Of a stretch of 64,000 bases of DNA, positions 19,451-28,825 are shown one piece after another. The translations under genes and the position numbers were made by a program. Each line of letters begins with the position of its first letter. Position 1 is the stretch's first letter. Location: the NCBI GenBank assembly GCA_963828255.1, contig CAWHDZ010000040.1:1-64000 (forward strand), written 5' to 3'. This stretch comes from an uncultured delta proteobacterium. GTDB taxonomy: Bacteria > Myxococcota > Myxococcia > Myxococcales > Anaeromyxobacteraceae. Under the pieces are notes generated by a model that ran no database searches, was not told the origin of the DNA, and saw nothing but the letters and a program-made list of their open reading frames with translations.

Positions 19451-20532
19451 CGGGCGCCTCCCGCCGCGGCGCGCGACCGGCGCTTCCGCATGGAGTTCTT
19501 GATGGCGCCCAGCACGCCGTCGGGCATGTAGAGGATGGTGAGGGCCACCAGCACGCCGTAGATGAGCATGTGGGCGTGGGAGAGGTTGTCGCGCAGGAAC
19601 CGGCCGATGCCCGAGCCGGCGTCCACGAGGCCGCTCCCCACCAGCAGGTCGGTGAGCACGTTGGAGCGCAGCGCCTCGGAGAGGGCCACGAGCAGGGCCG
19701 CTCCCACCACGGGGCCGATGATGGTGCCGATCCCGCCGATGATGGCGGTGAGGACGATCTGGACCGAGATGTCGAGCCCACCCGCGGTCTGCGGGTCCAC
19801 GAACCCGACGTAGAGACCGTAGAGCGCCCCGGCCCAGGCGGTGAAGATGGCGGAGAGCATCAGGGCGATGTTCTTGTACTTGGTGAGCGGGATGCCCAGC
19901 GAGTTGGCGGCGTCCTGGTCCTCGCGGATGGCCTGCAGGTAGTAGCCGACCTTGGAGCCCTGGAACCAGACGGTCACGATCACCGTGATCACCGCGAGCG
20001 AGAGCCCCAGGTAGTAGAAGGGCACCTTGGAGACGAAGTCGGTTAACACCACGCCCCCGATCACCAGGGGGGGGATGGCGGAGAGCAGGATGCCCTCGGC
20101 GCCGTTGGTCATGCCCTTCCAGTTGAGCGCGGTGAGCCGGAAGATCTCCGCCACCGCGATGGAGGCCAGCACGAAGTAGGGGCCGCGCAGGCGGAACGTG
20201 ATGCTCCCCACGATGGCCGCGACCAGCACCGCCAGCAGGAGCGCCGGAAGCAGTCCCCACCAGGGCGCCACGCCCTTCGACTCCAGCAGGATGATGACCG
20301 TGTAGGCGCCGATGCCGAAGTAGGCGGCGTGCCCCACCGAGTACTGCCCGCCGTAGCCGCCGATGAGGTTCCAGGCCTCGCCCATGATCACGGCGAGGAA
20401 GAAGAGGACCATCATGTGGAGCGCGTAGGGGCTTTCCACGAACTTCGGGAAGACGGCCAGGAGGCCCACCGCGACGACGCCGGCGATGGTGGGGAGGGCG
20501 GCCAGGCCGCGGTTGCGGGGCTTCGCGAGCAT
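19447..20532 (-). CDS. livM: Branched-chain amino acid-type ABC transporter permease
   Basis: WNLIGGYGGQYSVGHAAYFGIGAY, RLRGPYF, AIREDQDAA, IGGIGT. Confidence 0.9.
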   Translation of the reverse strand: MLAKPRNRGLAALPTIAGVVAVGLLAVFPKFVESPYALHMMVLFFLAVIMGEAWNLIGGYGGQYSVGHAAYFGIGAYTVIILLESKGVAPWWGLLPALLLAVLVAAIVGSITFRLRGPYFVLASIAVAEIFRLTALNWKGMTNGAEGILLSAIPPLVIGGVVLTDFVSKVPFYYLGLSLAVITVIVTVWFQGSKVGYYLQAIREDQDAANSLGIPLTKYKNIALMLSAIFTAWAGALYGLYVGFVDPQTAGGLDISVQIVLTAIIGGIGTIIGPVVGAALLVALSEALRSNVLTDLLVGSGLVDAGSGIGRFLRDNLSHAHMLIYGVLVALTILYMPDGVLGAIKNSMRKRRSRAAAGGAR

Positions 20533-20537
20533 GGCGG

Positions 20538-21404
20538 CTAGACCCGGGACTTTCCGAAGAGGCCGGCCGGCTTGAAGAGGAGGATGAGCAGGAAGAGGAC
20601 GTAGACCACCAGGTCCTTCAGCCCCGAGCTGATGTAGGCGCCGGCCAGCGACTCGGTGGCGCCGATGATGATGCCGCCCACCGTCGCTCCCATGACGCTG
20701 CCCATGCCGCCCAGGACCACGATGACGAAGGCCTTCAGGGTGAAGGGCTGACCCACCTGCGGGAAGATGTAGTAGGTCGGCGAGATGAGGGAGCCGGCCA
20801 CGGCGGCCAGCCCGGCGCCGATCCCGGTGGCCAGGATGCTCATGCGCTTGACGTTCACCCCCATGAGCTGCGCCGCGTCCCGGTCCTGGGCCGTGGCGCG
20901 GATGGCCTGGCCGGTGTCGGTCTTGAGGAGGAACCAGTAGAGGGCCGCCGTCACCGCAGCGGTGATGACGAAGGAGAGGAGCAGCGGCGTCGAGACCGAG
21001 ATCTCCCCCAGCCGGAAGCTCCCCGAGGAGTAGGTGGTGGAGATGATCCGGTAGTCGGAGGTGAAGAGCAGCATCATGGTGTTGCTGAGGATGAGCCCGA
21101 TGCCGATGGTGAGCAGGATCTGGTTCTGCGGCAGCGCGTTCAGGACCTTGTTGATGACCGTCTTCTGCAGGATGGCCCCGAAGAGGAAGAGCAGGGGGAA
21201 GACGAAGACGATCGACACGAACGGGTCCACGTTGCCGAGCGTGAAGAGGAAGAATGAGGCGTACATCCCCAGCATCACCAGGTCGCCGTGGGCGAAGTTG
21301 ATGATGCGCATCACGCCGAAGATGATGGTGAGGCCCACGCCGATGAGGGCGTAGGCCCCACCGATCAGGACGCCCGAGAGCAGCGACTGGAGGAAGATGG
21401 TCAT
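20538..21404 (-). CDS. livH: Branched-chain amino acid-type ABC transporter permease
   Basis: GLTIIFGVMRIINFAHGD, AIRATAQD, AFVIVVLGGMGS. Confidence 0.9.
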   Translation of the reverse strand: MTIFLQSLLSGVLIGGAYALIGVGLTIIFGVMRIINFAHGDLVMLGMYASFFLFTLGNVDPFVSIVFVFPLLFLFGAILQKTVINKVLNALPQNQILLTIGIGLILSNTMMLLFTSDYRIISTTYSSGSFRLGEISVSTPLLLSFVITAAVTAALYWFLLKTDTGQAIRATAQDRDAAQLMGVNVKRMSILATGIGAGLAAVAGSLISPTYYIFPQVGQPFTLKAFVIVVLGGMGSVMGATVGGIIIGATESLAGAYISSGLKDLVVYVLFLLILLFKPAGLFGKSRV

Positions 21405-21423
21405 CGCCGGGCGCCCCTCCTGG

Positions 21424-22575
21424 CTACTTCCAGCCCGGGAACGGCCAGATGGGCTTGCCGCTCTGCAGCGCCTGCGGCCAGACGGTGAAGTACTTGCCGT
21501 CCTGGACCTGCTCGACCAGCATCTGGTGCTTGTTCTGGTTCTGGTAGCCGTCGAAATCCTCGAACTTCACCGGGCCGAAGACGCCGTCCCACTTGCCGGC
21601 GCGCAGCCCTGCCGCGAGCTTCTCGCGGTCGCCGGCGGCCTTGGCGGCGGTCTCGCCCATGATCATCATGGCGATGTAGGCGTTGGCCGCGTGGTAGGTC
21701 GGGGTCTTCCCGAAGCGCTTGCTGTACCGATCGCCGAAGGCCTTGGCGCCCGGCCAGTTCACGTCGGGAGTCCACTGGGTGGACGAGAACACGCCGTGGG
21801 AGATGTTCTTCTCGCTGGCGAACTTGTCGGTGGAGAAGCCGGCTCCGGCGCCCAGGAAGGCCATGGGGGTGAGCTGGAGCTCGCGCGACTGGCGCATCAG
21901 CGTGATGGCGTCGGCCACGTAGGAGACCATGAACATGATGTCGGGGTTGGCGCCCTTCACCTTGACCAGCGTGGAGCGGTAGTCGGGGGAGCCGGGGGAG
22001 TAGGCCTCCTCGAAGACCACCTTGATGCCCTTCTTCTCGGCGTAGTCCTTGGCGCTCTTCGCGCCCGAGACGCCGAAGTCGGTGTTCTCGGAGAGGATGG
22101 CGATGCTCTTCGGCTTGCCGAGCGTCGTCGCCATGTCGAGGAGGATGGCGGCGTAGTCGCCGGTGGTGGCCGAGACCCGGAAGACGTACTTGTAGCCCTG
22201 CCGGGTGATCTCCTCCTTGGAGGCGACCGGGTTCACCAGCGGGACCTTGTACTGCTCCGCCTTCTTGGCCACGGCGTTCGTGACCGCGGAGGTGTAGGCG
22301 CCGACGACGCCGACGACGTTGTCGCGGGTGGCGAGCTTGTCCATGGCGGAGAGACCGACCTGGGGCTTGCCGGTGTCGTCCTCCCAGACGAGCTGCACCT
22401 TCACTCCCTTGGCCGCCAGGTCCTCCTCGGCGAGCTTGATCCCGTTGGTGAGGTTCTCGCCGATGGGGGCCTGCGGACCGGTCATCGAGTTGATGACTCC
22501 GATCTTGACCTGGGACACCGCGAGTGTGGGTACGGCGAGGAGCGCTGCAACTGCCAGGGAGAGGATGCGCTTCAT
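21424..22575 (-). CDS. Branched-chain amino acid-type ABC transporter substrate-binding protein (LivK/LivJ family)
   Basis: Signal peptide MKRILSLAVAALLAVPTLA; VKIGVINSMTG, EDDTGKP, ENTDFG. Confidence 0.88.
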   Translation of the reverse strand: MKRILSLAVAALLAVPTLAVSQVKIGVINSMTGPQAPIGENLTNGIKLAEEDLAAKGVKVQLVWEDDTGKPQVGLSAMDKLATRDNVVGVVGAYTSAVTNAVAKKAEQYKVPLVNPVASKEEITRQGYKYVFRVSATTGDYAAILLDMATTLGKPKSIAILSENTDFGVSGAKSAKDYAEKKGIKVVFEEAYSPGSPDYRSTLVKVKGANPDIMFMVSYVADAITLMRQSRELQLTPMAFLGAGAGFSTDKFASEKNISHGVFSSTQWTPDVNWPGAKAFGDRYSKRFGKTPTYHAANAYIAMMIMGETAAKAAGDREKLAAGLRAGKWDGVFGPVKFEDFDGYQNQNKHQMLVEQVQDGKYFTVWPQALQSGKPIWPFPGWK

Positions 22576-22670
22576 CTTTTTCGACCTCCGCGACGGGGCC
22601 GCTGGGGGGCGGCCCGACAGGGTGTGGGCCTTGCGAACCGGCCGACTTTCATAGCACGCCAGGGTCGGCC

Positions 22671-22709
22671 ATAAGAAGAGAGCGCCGGGACCGTTCGATC
22701 CCGGCGCTC
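22671..22709 (-). terminator. Intrinsic terminator after the porin gene
   Basis: 11-bp stem GAGCGCCGGGA/TCCCGGCGCTC followed on the - strand by TCTTCTTAT. Confidence 0.65.
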
Positions 22710-22745
22710 CATGATGCAGGGCGTCAAATCGTGACGACGCGACCT

Positions 22746-24071
22746 CTAGAACACCAGCTGGGAGTTGAGGGAGAACTGGCCCTGGCTGTAGCTGTCGCCG
22801 TTGAAGAAGAAGCTGGTGGCGCGGGAGTACTCCGCCGACATGCGCCAGTTCTTCCCAGCGTAGCCGATGAGGCCGGCTGCCCACTGGAAGTTCTGGACGC
22901 GGGTGCCGGCCACGGCGAGCAGGCTATCGGTGTAGGCGTTGAACGGGCTCTGGGTGCCGCCCCAGCCGGCGTACGCCTTCACGAGGTTGTCCGGACCGAC
23001 GAGGACCTGGAACCAGCCGCCGAGCGCGGGGACGGCGTTGGCGTTGGTGATGGTCCAGGGGGAGGTCGGGGTGGGGCGGGTGGCGGAGATGGCGATGCCC
23101 TGGCTGTTGCCGAGGGAGCCGGGCTGGTCCCAGCCCTTGGCGCTGTAGATGGAGCCGAGGACGTTGACCATCCAGATATTGAGGACCATGTCGCCGCCGA
23201 AGATGTAGGAGTTCACGTCGACGTTGGTGTTGGTGGCGGGGCTGACGAAGCGGTTCTTCTGCCAGCCACCCCAGCCTGCGAGCTCGAGCATCTTCTTCCC
23301 GCCGGTCTTGTAGGCCACGGCCAGGCGCCCCTCGAAGGCCGGCACGCGCGAGCGGTTGCCGGCGCCGAGGTCGACGGAAGCGGAAGGCGAGATCGTGGCG
23401 TCGCCGGCGGCGTTGTCCTGGGGATTGACCGCTGCGACCTGCGCGTTGAAGGCGATCCCGTCCTTGGGATTGATGTCGTAGCGGGCCTCGATCATCGGTG
23501 CCCGGCCATTCAGCGTGCCGGCGAACTGGAAGAGCGGGTTCGCGATGTAGGCGATGGAGACCGGGCGCAGCAGCGAGACGATGTGGTCGTCCTGGCCGAT
23601 GCGGAGCGTGAAGGCGCCCCAGGCGGCGTCGGCGTACGCCTTGCGCAGCCGGACGACCGGGCTGTAAAAGGCGACCGAGTTGGCCGCGGTGCTGGTGAAG
23701 CCACCCTGGAAATCGATCTCGACGAGTGCCGACATCTTGGCCTTGGTCCAGCCGGCCGAATCGTCGAAGGCGAGGCGCGAGCCGAGCCGGGTCTGGCGGA
23801 CGTCGAAGAGGACGTTGCCCTCGCAGGAGGCGCCTCCCGTGCAGCGGGCGGGGAACGGGTAGTTGCGATTGCCCAGCGAGTCGTTGAAGAAGGCGTTGAA
23901 GACGAAGAACCCGTACGGCGTGAAGGTGACCGGCGACGGCTTCGGCGCCTCCTTCACGACGACGGTGGTGTTCTCCTTGACGACCACTTCCTGGCTGGTG
24001 CTCTGGGCGTGGGTGGCGGCGGGGATCACGGCGAGCAGCGCCGCGGCTCCGAGGATGGAGATCCTTCTCAT
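22746..24071 (-). CDS. Outer-membrane beta-barrel porin (DcaP-like)
   Basis: Signal peptide; RQTRLG, EIDFQGG, RLRKAY motifs; alternating beta-strand pattern; C-terminal Phe (QLVF). Confidence 0.75.
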   Translation of the reverse strand: MRRISILGAAALLAVIPAATHAQSTSQEVVVKENTTVVVKEAPKPSPVTFTPYGFFVFNAFFNDSLGNRNYPFPARCTGGASCEGNVLFDVRQTRLGSRLAFDDSAGWTKAKMSALVEIDFQGGFTSTAANSVAFYSPVVRLRKAYADAAWGAFTLRIGQDDHIVSLLRPVSIAYIANPLFQFAGTLNGRAPMIEARYDINPKDGIAFNAQVAAVNPQDNAAGDATISPSASVDLGAGNRSRVPAFEGRLAVAYKTGGKKMLELAGWGGWQKNRFVSPATNTNVDVNSYIFGGDMVLNIWMVNVLGSIYSAKGWDQPGSLGNSQGIAISATRPTPTSPWTITNANAVPALGGWFQVLVGPDNLVKAYAGWGGTQSPFNAYTDSLLAVAGTRVQNFQWAAGLIGYAGKNWRMSAEYSRATSFFFNGDSYSQGQFSLNSQLVF

Positions 24072-24144
24072 CTGTGTGACTCCCTGTGGGCGGGTCTGGG
24101 GGAGGCCCGGAATGGCCTCGGCGGAGGCCGTTGTCTTCCCTTTG

Positions 24145-26538
24145 TCAACGGCGGAAGGCGCACACCGTAACTGCATCACCCCCCTCTTGTGGATCCCCCC
24201 TTCGAAAATTTTCTACATAGGGTGACTCTTTGAGGTGAGTCCGGAGGGCTTCCTTGAGGGCGCCGGTCCCGTGCCCGTGGAGGATCAGGGCATCCAGGGC
24301 GCCCTCGGCGAATTGCCGGTCGAGGAAGGCGTCCACCGCGCGGAGGAGGTCGTCCACGCGCATCCCGCGCACGTCGAGCCGGCGGGATCCGACGCTGAGC
24401 GGCGCAGGCCGCGCATCCTCGGCGGCACGGAGCCGATCTTCCTGGGCGCGGGCCAGGCTCGCCCCCTTCGCCTTCCCCCGGAGCGGGAGCAGGTCGGCGA
24501 CCGGGCGCCGGACCCGCAAGCCCCCGAGCCGGACCACCGCCTCTTCCCCCGAAACCTGGAGCACCTCTCCCTCCTGTCCGAGCGACGCGACGCGCACCCG
24601 GAGTCCGGGTGCGATCGTCGCCCCGGGTACGGTCTCGGGAGCGGCGGCGGCCTGCGACACGGCCACGCGCGAGGCCTTCGCGAGCGACTCCGACCACTCC
24701 TCGAGCTGCCGGGAAGCCTCGCTGGCCTTCCTCACCGTGGGGGCGGTCTGGAGCCCGGCGAGCACCTTGCGGACCTCCTCGCGCGCAGCCTCCACCTCGT
24801 CGGCCAGCGACGCGGCGACGCGTGCGGACGCCTCCTTCTCCGCGCGGAAGGCCGCCTCCTCGCGCCGGGCCGCCTCCTCCTCCCTCCGGCGCGCCGCCGC
24901 GGCGTCCCGTTCGAGCCCCGCCCGCTGGGCCTCGAGCCGCGCCCGCTCGTCGGAGAGCGCGCGCAGGGCCTCGCCGAGCGCCCCGCCCCGGCCGGAGAGG
25001 GAGGCCCGCGCCCGCGCCAGGACCGCCTCCGGCAGGCCCACCCGGCGCGCCACCTCGATGGCCGACGAGCTCCCCGGGCTTCCCAGGTGCAGCTGGAAGG
25101 TGGGGGCGAGCCGGTCGGGATCGAAGCCGACCCGGGCGTTGGCGAAGCGCGTGTCGGAGAGGGCCAAGGCCTTCAGCTCGTCGAGGTGGGTGGTGACGAG
25201 GACGGTGGCGCCCCGGTCGAGCAGGTCCTCGAGGAGGGCCGCGGCCAGCGCTGCGCCCTCGCGCGGGTCGGTGTCGGCCGCGATCTCGTCCACGAGAACC
25301 AGCGTGGCCGGCCCTGCCCCCGCGCCGATGTCGCGCACGGCGGTCAGGTGGGCCGTGAAGGTGGAGAGGTCCCGGGACAGGTCGCCGTGCTCCTCGACGG
25401 CGGCGCGGACCGAGCCGTAGAAGGGGAGGCGGGACCCTCGCCCGGCCGCGATGGGGAGCCCCGCCTGGAGCATGAGCGCGGAGAGCCCGACCGCGGTGAT
25501 GGCGACCGTCTTGCCGCCGCCGTTGGGGCCGGAGACGACGAGCGCGCGCCCGGGCGGCTCGAGCCGGAGGTCGCTCGACACCACCTTCTTGTCCTGCAGG
25601 ACGAGGATGGGGTGGCGCAGGTCGCGAAGCCAGATGCCGTCGCCCGGGGTCACCACCTCGGGGGCCGAGGCGTCCAGGTCGGAGGCGAGCAGCGCCTGCC
25701 CCTCGAGCAGGTCGAGCACCGAGAGGGTGGCGAGGTCGCGGGCCAGGTCGGCGGACCGGGCCGTCACCCCCCCGGAGAGCTCGCGCAGGATCCGCTCCTC
25801 CTCCTCGGCGGCCATGGCGTTCGCGATGGCGAGCTCGTTTCCCATCTCCACCATGCCGTCGGGCTCGACGAAGAGCGTCTGCCCCGACTGGGAGGCGTTG
25901 TGGACGATGCCCGGGACGGCGGATCGGGAGCTCGCCAGCACCGGGAGCACGTAACGATCGTTGCGGATGGTGAAGTACCCGTCGCGCAGGTGGCGGGAGA
26001 CCGTCTCGTCGCCGAGCAGCGACTCGACCTGGACCTTCATGGCTCGGTGCAGCCCCCGGGCCCGGTCGCGCAGGCGCGCGAGTTCCGGGCTGGCCCGCTC
26101 GGAGATGGCCCCCGAGGGCTCGATGGCCGCCTCGATGCGGTCGGCCAGCCGTCCGGCGTCCGAGAGGGACGAAGCCAGGGACCAGAGCCGGGGCAGGTCG
26201 GTCTCCCGCGCCGCGAGCACGGCCCGGGTGCGCGCCGCCGACCGGGCCAGCACCGCGATGTCGCGCAGGGCGAGCGGCTCGAGGACACCACCCTTGGCGG
26301 CCCGCTCGAGCGCCGCCGCGGGGTCGCCAGGCGCGGCGATGGGCAGCGAGGTCCGGGCCTCGCAGAGCACCCTGGCCTCGGCGAGCCGCGCGAGCGCCTC
26401 GCGGACCTCCGCGGGGGTATCGAGGAAGGGGAGGGCCGTGGCCCGGCCCTTGCCGCCCGCCGTCCGGCAGCGCCCGGCCAGCGCCTCGAGGATGCGCGGC
26501 CAGCCCAGCTCCTCCAGCGTGCGCGGGTGGGCGATCAC
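24145..26538 (-). CDS. mutS2: MutS2 (ATPase with Smr endonuclease domain)
   Basis: GIVHNASQSGQTLFVEP, SGPNGGGKT, LSTFTAH, LVDE, TTH, Smr motifs LDVRG and HGHGTGAL. Confidence 0.92.
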   Translation of the reverse strand: MIAHPRTLEELGWPRILEALAGRCRTAGGKGRATALPFLDTPAEVREALARLAEARVLCEARTSLPIAAPGDPAAALERAAKGGVLEPLALRDIAVLARSAARTRAVLAARETDLPRLWSLASSLSDAGRLADRIEAAIEPSGAISERASPELARLRDRARGLHRAMKVQVESLLGDETVSRHLRDGYFTIRNDRYVLPVLASSRSAVPGIVHNASQSGQTLFVEPDGMVEMGNELAIANAMAAEEEERILRELSGGVTARSADLARDLATLSVLDLLEGQALLASDLDASAPEVVTPGDGIWLRDLRHPILVLQDKKVVSSDLRLEPPGRALVVSGPNGGGKTVAITAVGLSALMLQAGLPIAAGRGSRLPFYGSVRAAVEEHGDLSRDLSTFTAHLTAVRDIGAGAGPATLVLVDEIAADTDPREGAALAAALLEDLLDRGATVLVTTHLDELKALALSDTRFANARVGFDPDRLAPTFQLHLGSPGSSSAIEVARRVGLPEAVLARARASLSGRGGALGEALRALSDERARLEAQRAGLERDAAAARRREEEAARREEAAFRAEKEASARVAASLADEVEAAREEVRKVLAGLQTAPTVRKASEASRQLEEWSESLAKASRVAVSQAAAAPETVPGATIAPGLRVRVASLGQEGEVLQVSGEEAVVRLGGLRVRRPVADLLPLRGKAKGASLARAQEDRLRAAEDARPAPLSVGSRRLDVRGMRVDDLLRAVDAFLDRQFAEGALDALILHGHGTGALKEALRTHLKESPYVENFRRGDPQEGGDAVTVCAFRR

Positions 26539-26963
26539 CGCTGCTCCGCGGGCGGCCCCTGCTGCCGGGCCAGCAGCCAGGCGACGGCGAGGCTGCGCGG
26601 GACCCCGCCGGCGAGCGACCAGGCGACCACGCCCGCCGGGGCGTCGAGCCACACCCAGGCCATGAGCCCCTCGGAGAGGAGCCAGAAGCCGAGGAGCCAG
26701 GTGGCGAGGGCGCGCACCCGGCCCGGCGTGCCGGGCGGGACGAGCGACAGCACGAGGAGCGCGATGGCGGCGAGCACCGCCGAGGTCACCGGGGCGAGCA
26801 CCGCGGGCGAGACCATCTGGCGGATCGCCTCGGGCATGTAGGCGTGGAGGAGGTGGGGAGGGGCCAGCGGAGGCACCACCCAGGACAGGGCGTCGAAGGC
26901 GAGGTTCTCGGCCCACGCTGCGATGAAGAGGGCGATGCCCCCCGATCGAAACCCCTTCGCCAT
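26535..26963 (-). CDS. Hypothetical membrane protein
   Basis: About four hydrophobic segments; stop overlaps the mutS2 GTG. Confidence 0.65.
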   Translation of the reverse strand: MAKGFRSGGIALFIAAWAENLAFDALSWVVPPLAPPHLLHAYMPEAIRQMVSPAVLAPVTSAVLAAIALLVLSLVPPGTPGRVRALATWLLGFWLLSEGLMAWVWLDAPAGVVAWSLAGGVPRSLAVAWLLARQQGPPAEQR

Positions 26964-27044
26964 GCGCCTCCCGCACCCCCCCGAGGCGCCGGAGTCTGCC
27001 ACAGGTCGCCGTTTCCGTGGGAAGGGCGGGTTAGGATGGCGGCC

Positions 27045-28244
27045 ATGGCACGGAAGCGGACGGCAGAGGTGCTCCCCGGGCTCGAGGTCCTGTCGCGTCG
27101 CCGGTTCGCGCCCCTGCGCGGGCTTCGGGTTGGCCTGGTGTGCAATCCCACCGCGGTGGACCGGCGGCTCCGCCACGCCGCCGACGTGCTCTCGGCGGCC
27201 CCCGGGGTGCGCCTCTCCGCGCTCTTCGGCCCGGAGCACGGCGTCCGCGGCGACGTGCAGTACATGGCCTCGGTGGGCGACGAGCGGGACCGGGTCACCG
27301 GGCTCCCGGTTCACTCCTTGTATGGGTCGTCGCCCGAGTCGCTGCGCCCGGGGCGCTCCCTCCTCCAGGGGCTCGACGCGCTGGTCTTCGACGTCCAGGA
27401 CGTGGGCGCCCGCTACTACACCTACCAGGCCACCATGATGCTCTGCATGGAGGCCGCAGCCGAGGCCGGGCTGCGCTTCGTGGTGCTCGACCGGCCCAAT
27501 CCCGTCGGCGGACGGGAGGTGGAGGGGCCGGCGATGCGTCCCGGGTTCCAGAGCTTCTGCGGCATGCACGACCTGGCCGTCCGGCACGGCATGACGGTGG
27601 GAGAGCTGGCGGCGCTCTTCTGCCAGGAGCGGGGGCTCGACCTCGACCTCGAGGTGGTGCCCTGCGAGGGCTGGAGGCGGCGAAGGAGCTTCGCCGAGAC
27701 CGGGCTCCCCTGGGTGCTCCCCTCGCCCAACATGCCCACCCCGGAGGCCGCGCTGGTCTACCCGGGGATGTGCCTGCTCGAGGGGACGAACCTCTCGGAG
27801 GGGCGCGGAACGACGCGCCCCTTCCACCTGTTCGGCGCCCCCTGGCTCGACGGGGGGCAGCTGGCCCGCGACCTCGGGGCGGAGCGGTTGCCCGGGGTCC
27901 GCTTCCGCGCCGCCGGCTTCACGCCCACCTGGGACAAGCACCAGGGGCGGCTCTGCCACGGCGTCGAGCTGCACGTCCACGACCCGGTGGCCTTCCGCCC
28001 GTTCCGGACCGGGCTGGCCTGCGTGGCGGTGGCGCGGGCCCAGGACCCGGACCGCTTCGCCTGGCGCACCGAGCCCTACGAGTTCGTCACCGGCGTCCCC
28101 GCCTTCGACCTCCTGTGCGGGTCGGACCGGGAGCGACGCGCCATCGAGGCCGGCGACGGCTGGCGCGAGCTGGCCCGCGGCTTCGCGGGGGAGGAACGTG
28201 CCTTCGCCCGGCGGCGGGCGCCGTTCCTCCGCTACGCGGACTGA
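27045..28244 (+). CDS. namZ: Exo-beta-N-acetylmuramidase NamZ (DUF1343)
   Basis: LFGPEHG, FDVQDVGARYYTY, VLDRPNP, RHGMTVGE, PSPNMP, SEGRGTTRPF. Confidence 0.9.
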   Translation: MARKRTAEVLPGLEVLSRRRFAPLRGLRVGLVCNPTAVDRRLRHAADVLSAAPGVRLSALFGPEHGVRGDVQYMASVGDERDRVTGLPVHSLYGSSPESLRPGRSLLQGLDALVFDVQDVGARYYTYQATMMLCMEAAAEAGLRFVVLDRPNPVGGREVEGPAMRPGFQSFCGMHDLAVRHGMTVGELAALFCQERGLDLDLEVVPCEGWRRRRSFAETGLPWVLPSPNMPTPEAALVYPGMCLLEGTNLSEGRGTTRPFHLFGAPWLDGGQLARDLGAERLPGVRFRAAGFTPTWDKHQGRLCHGVELHVHDPVAFRPFRTGLACVAVARAQDPDRFAWRTEPYEFVTGVPAFDLLCGSDRERRAIEAGDGWRELARGFAGEERAFARRRAPFLRYAD

Positions 28245-28258
28245 GGCAGGATGGCCCC

Positions 28259-28810
28259 ATGAGACAGACCGCGATCCTGGGCGGCTCGTTCAACCCGCCG
28301 CACGTGGCCCACGTGATGGCCGCCTACTGGACCCTGGCCACGCAGGGGGTCTCGGAGGTCTGGATGCTGCCCAGCTTCCGCCACCCGTTCGGAAAGATGC
28401 TCGCGCCCTTCGAGGACCGGGTGCGCATGTGCGAGCTGGCGGCGGCGCCCCTGCGCGGCCTCCACGTCTGCACCGCCGAGGCCGACCTGAAGGACGACCC
28501 GCTGGTGGGGAAGACCGCCCGCACCCTCGAGTACCTGGTGGAGAAGCACCCGGACCGGCAGTTCACCCTGTTGGTGGGCGCCGACATCGTGGCCGACACC
28601 CCCAAGTGGTACCGCTTCGACCGGGTGCGGGAGCTGGCCCGGGTCATCGTGGTGGGGCGGGCCGGCGAGGTCGCCTTCGCCGACGGACCGGCGCTTCCCG
28701 GGGTGTCCTCCACCGAGGTGCGGGAGCGGCTCTCCCGGGGCGACGACGTCGCGGCGCTCGTGCCCACCCGGGTGCTCGCCTACATCCGGGAGCGCGGACT
28801 TTACCAGTAG
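28259..28810 (+). CDS. nadD: Nicotinate-nucleotide adenylyltransferase
   Basis: GGSFNPPHVAH, VGAD, VSSTEVR. Confidence 0.9.
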   Translation: MRQTAILGGSFNPPHVAHVMAAYWTLATQGVSEVWMLPSFRHPFGKMLAPFEDRVRMCELAAAPLRGLHVCTAEADLKDDPLVGKTARTLEYLVEKHPDRQFTLLVGADIVADTPKWYRFDRVRELARVIVVGRAGEVAFADGPALPGVSSTEVRERLSRGDDVAALVPTRVLAYIRERGLYQ

Positions 28811-28825
28811 TGAACCCGGGCGCGG

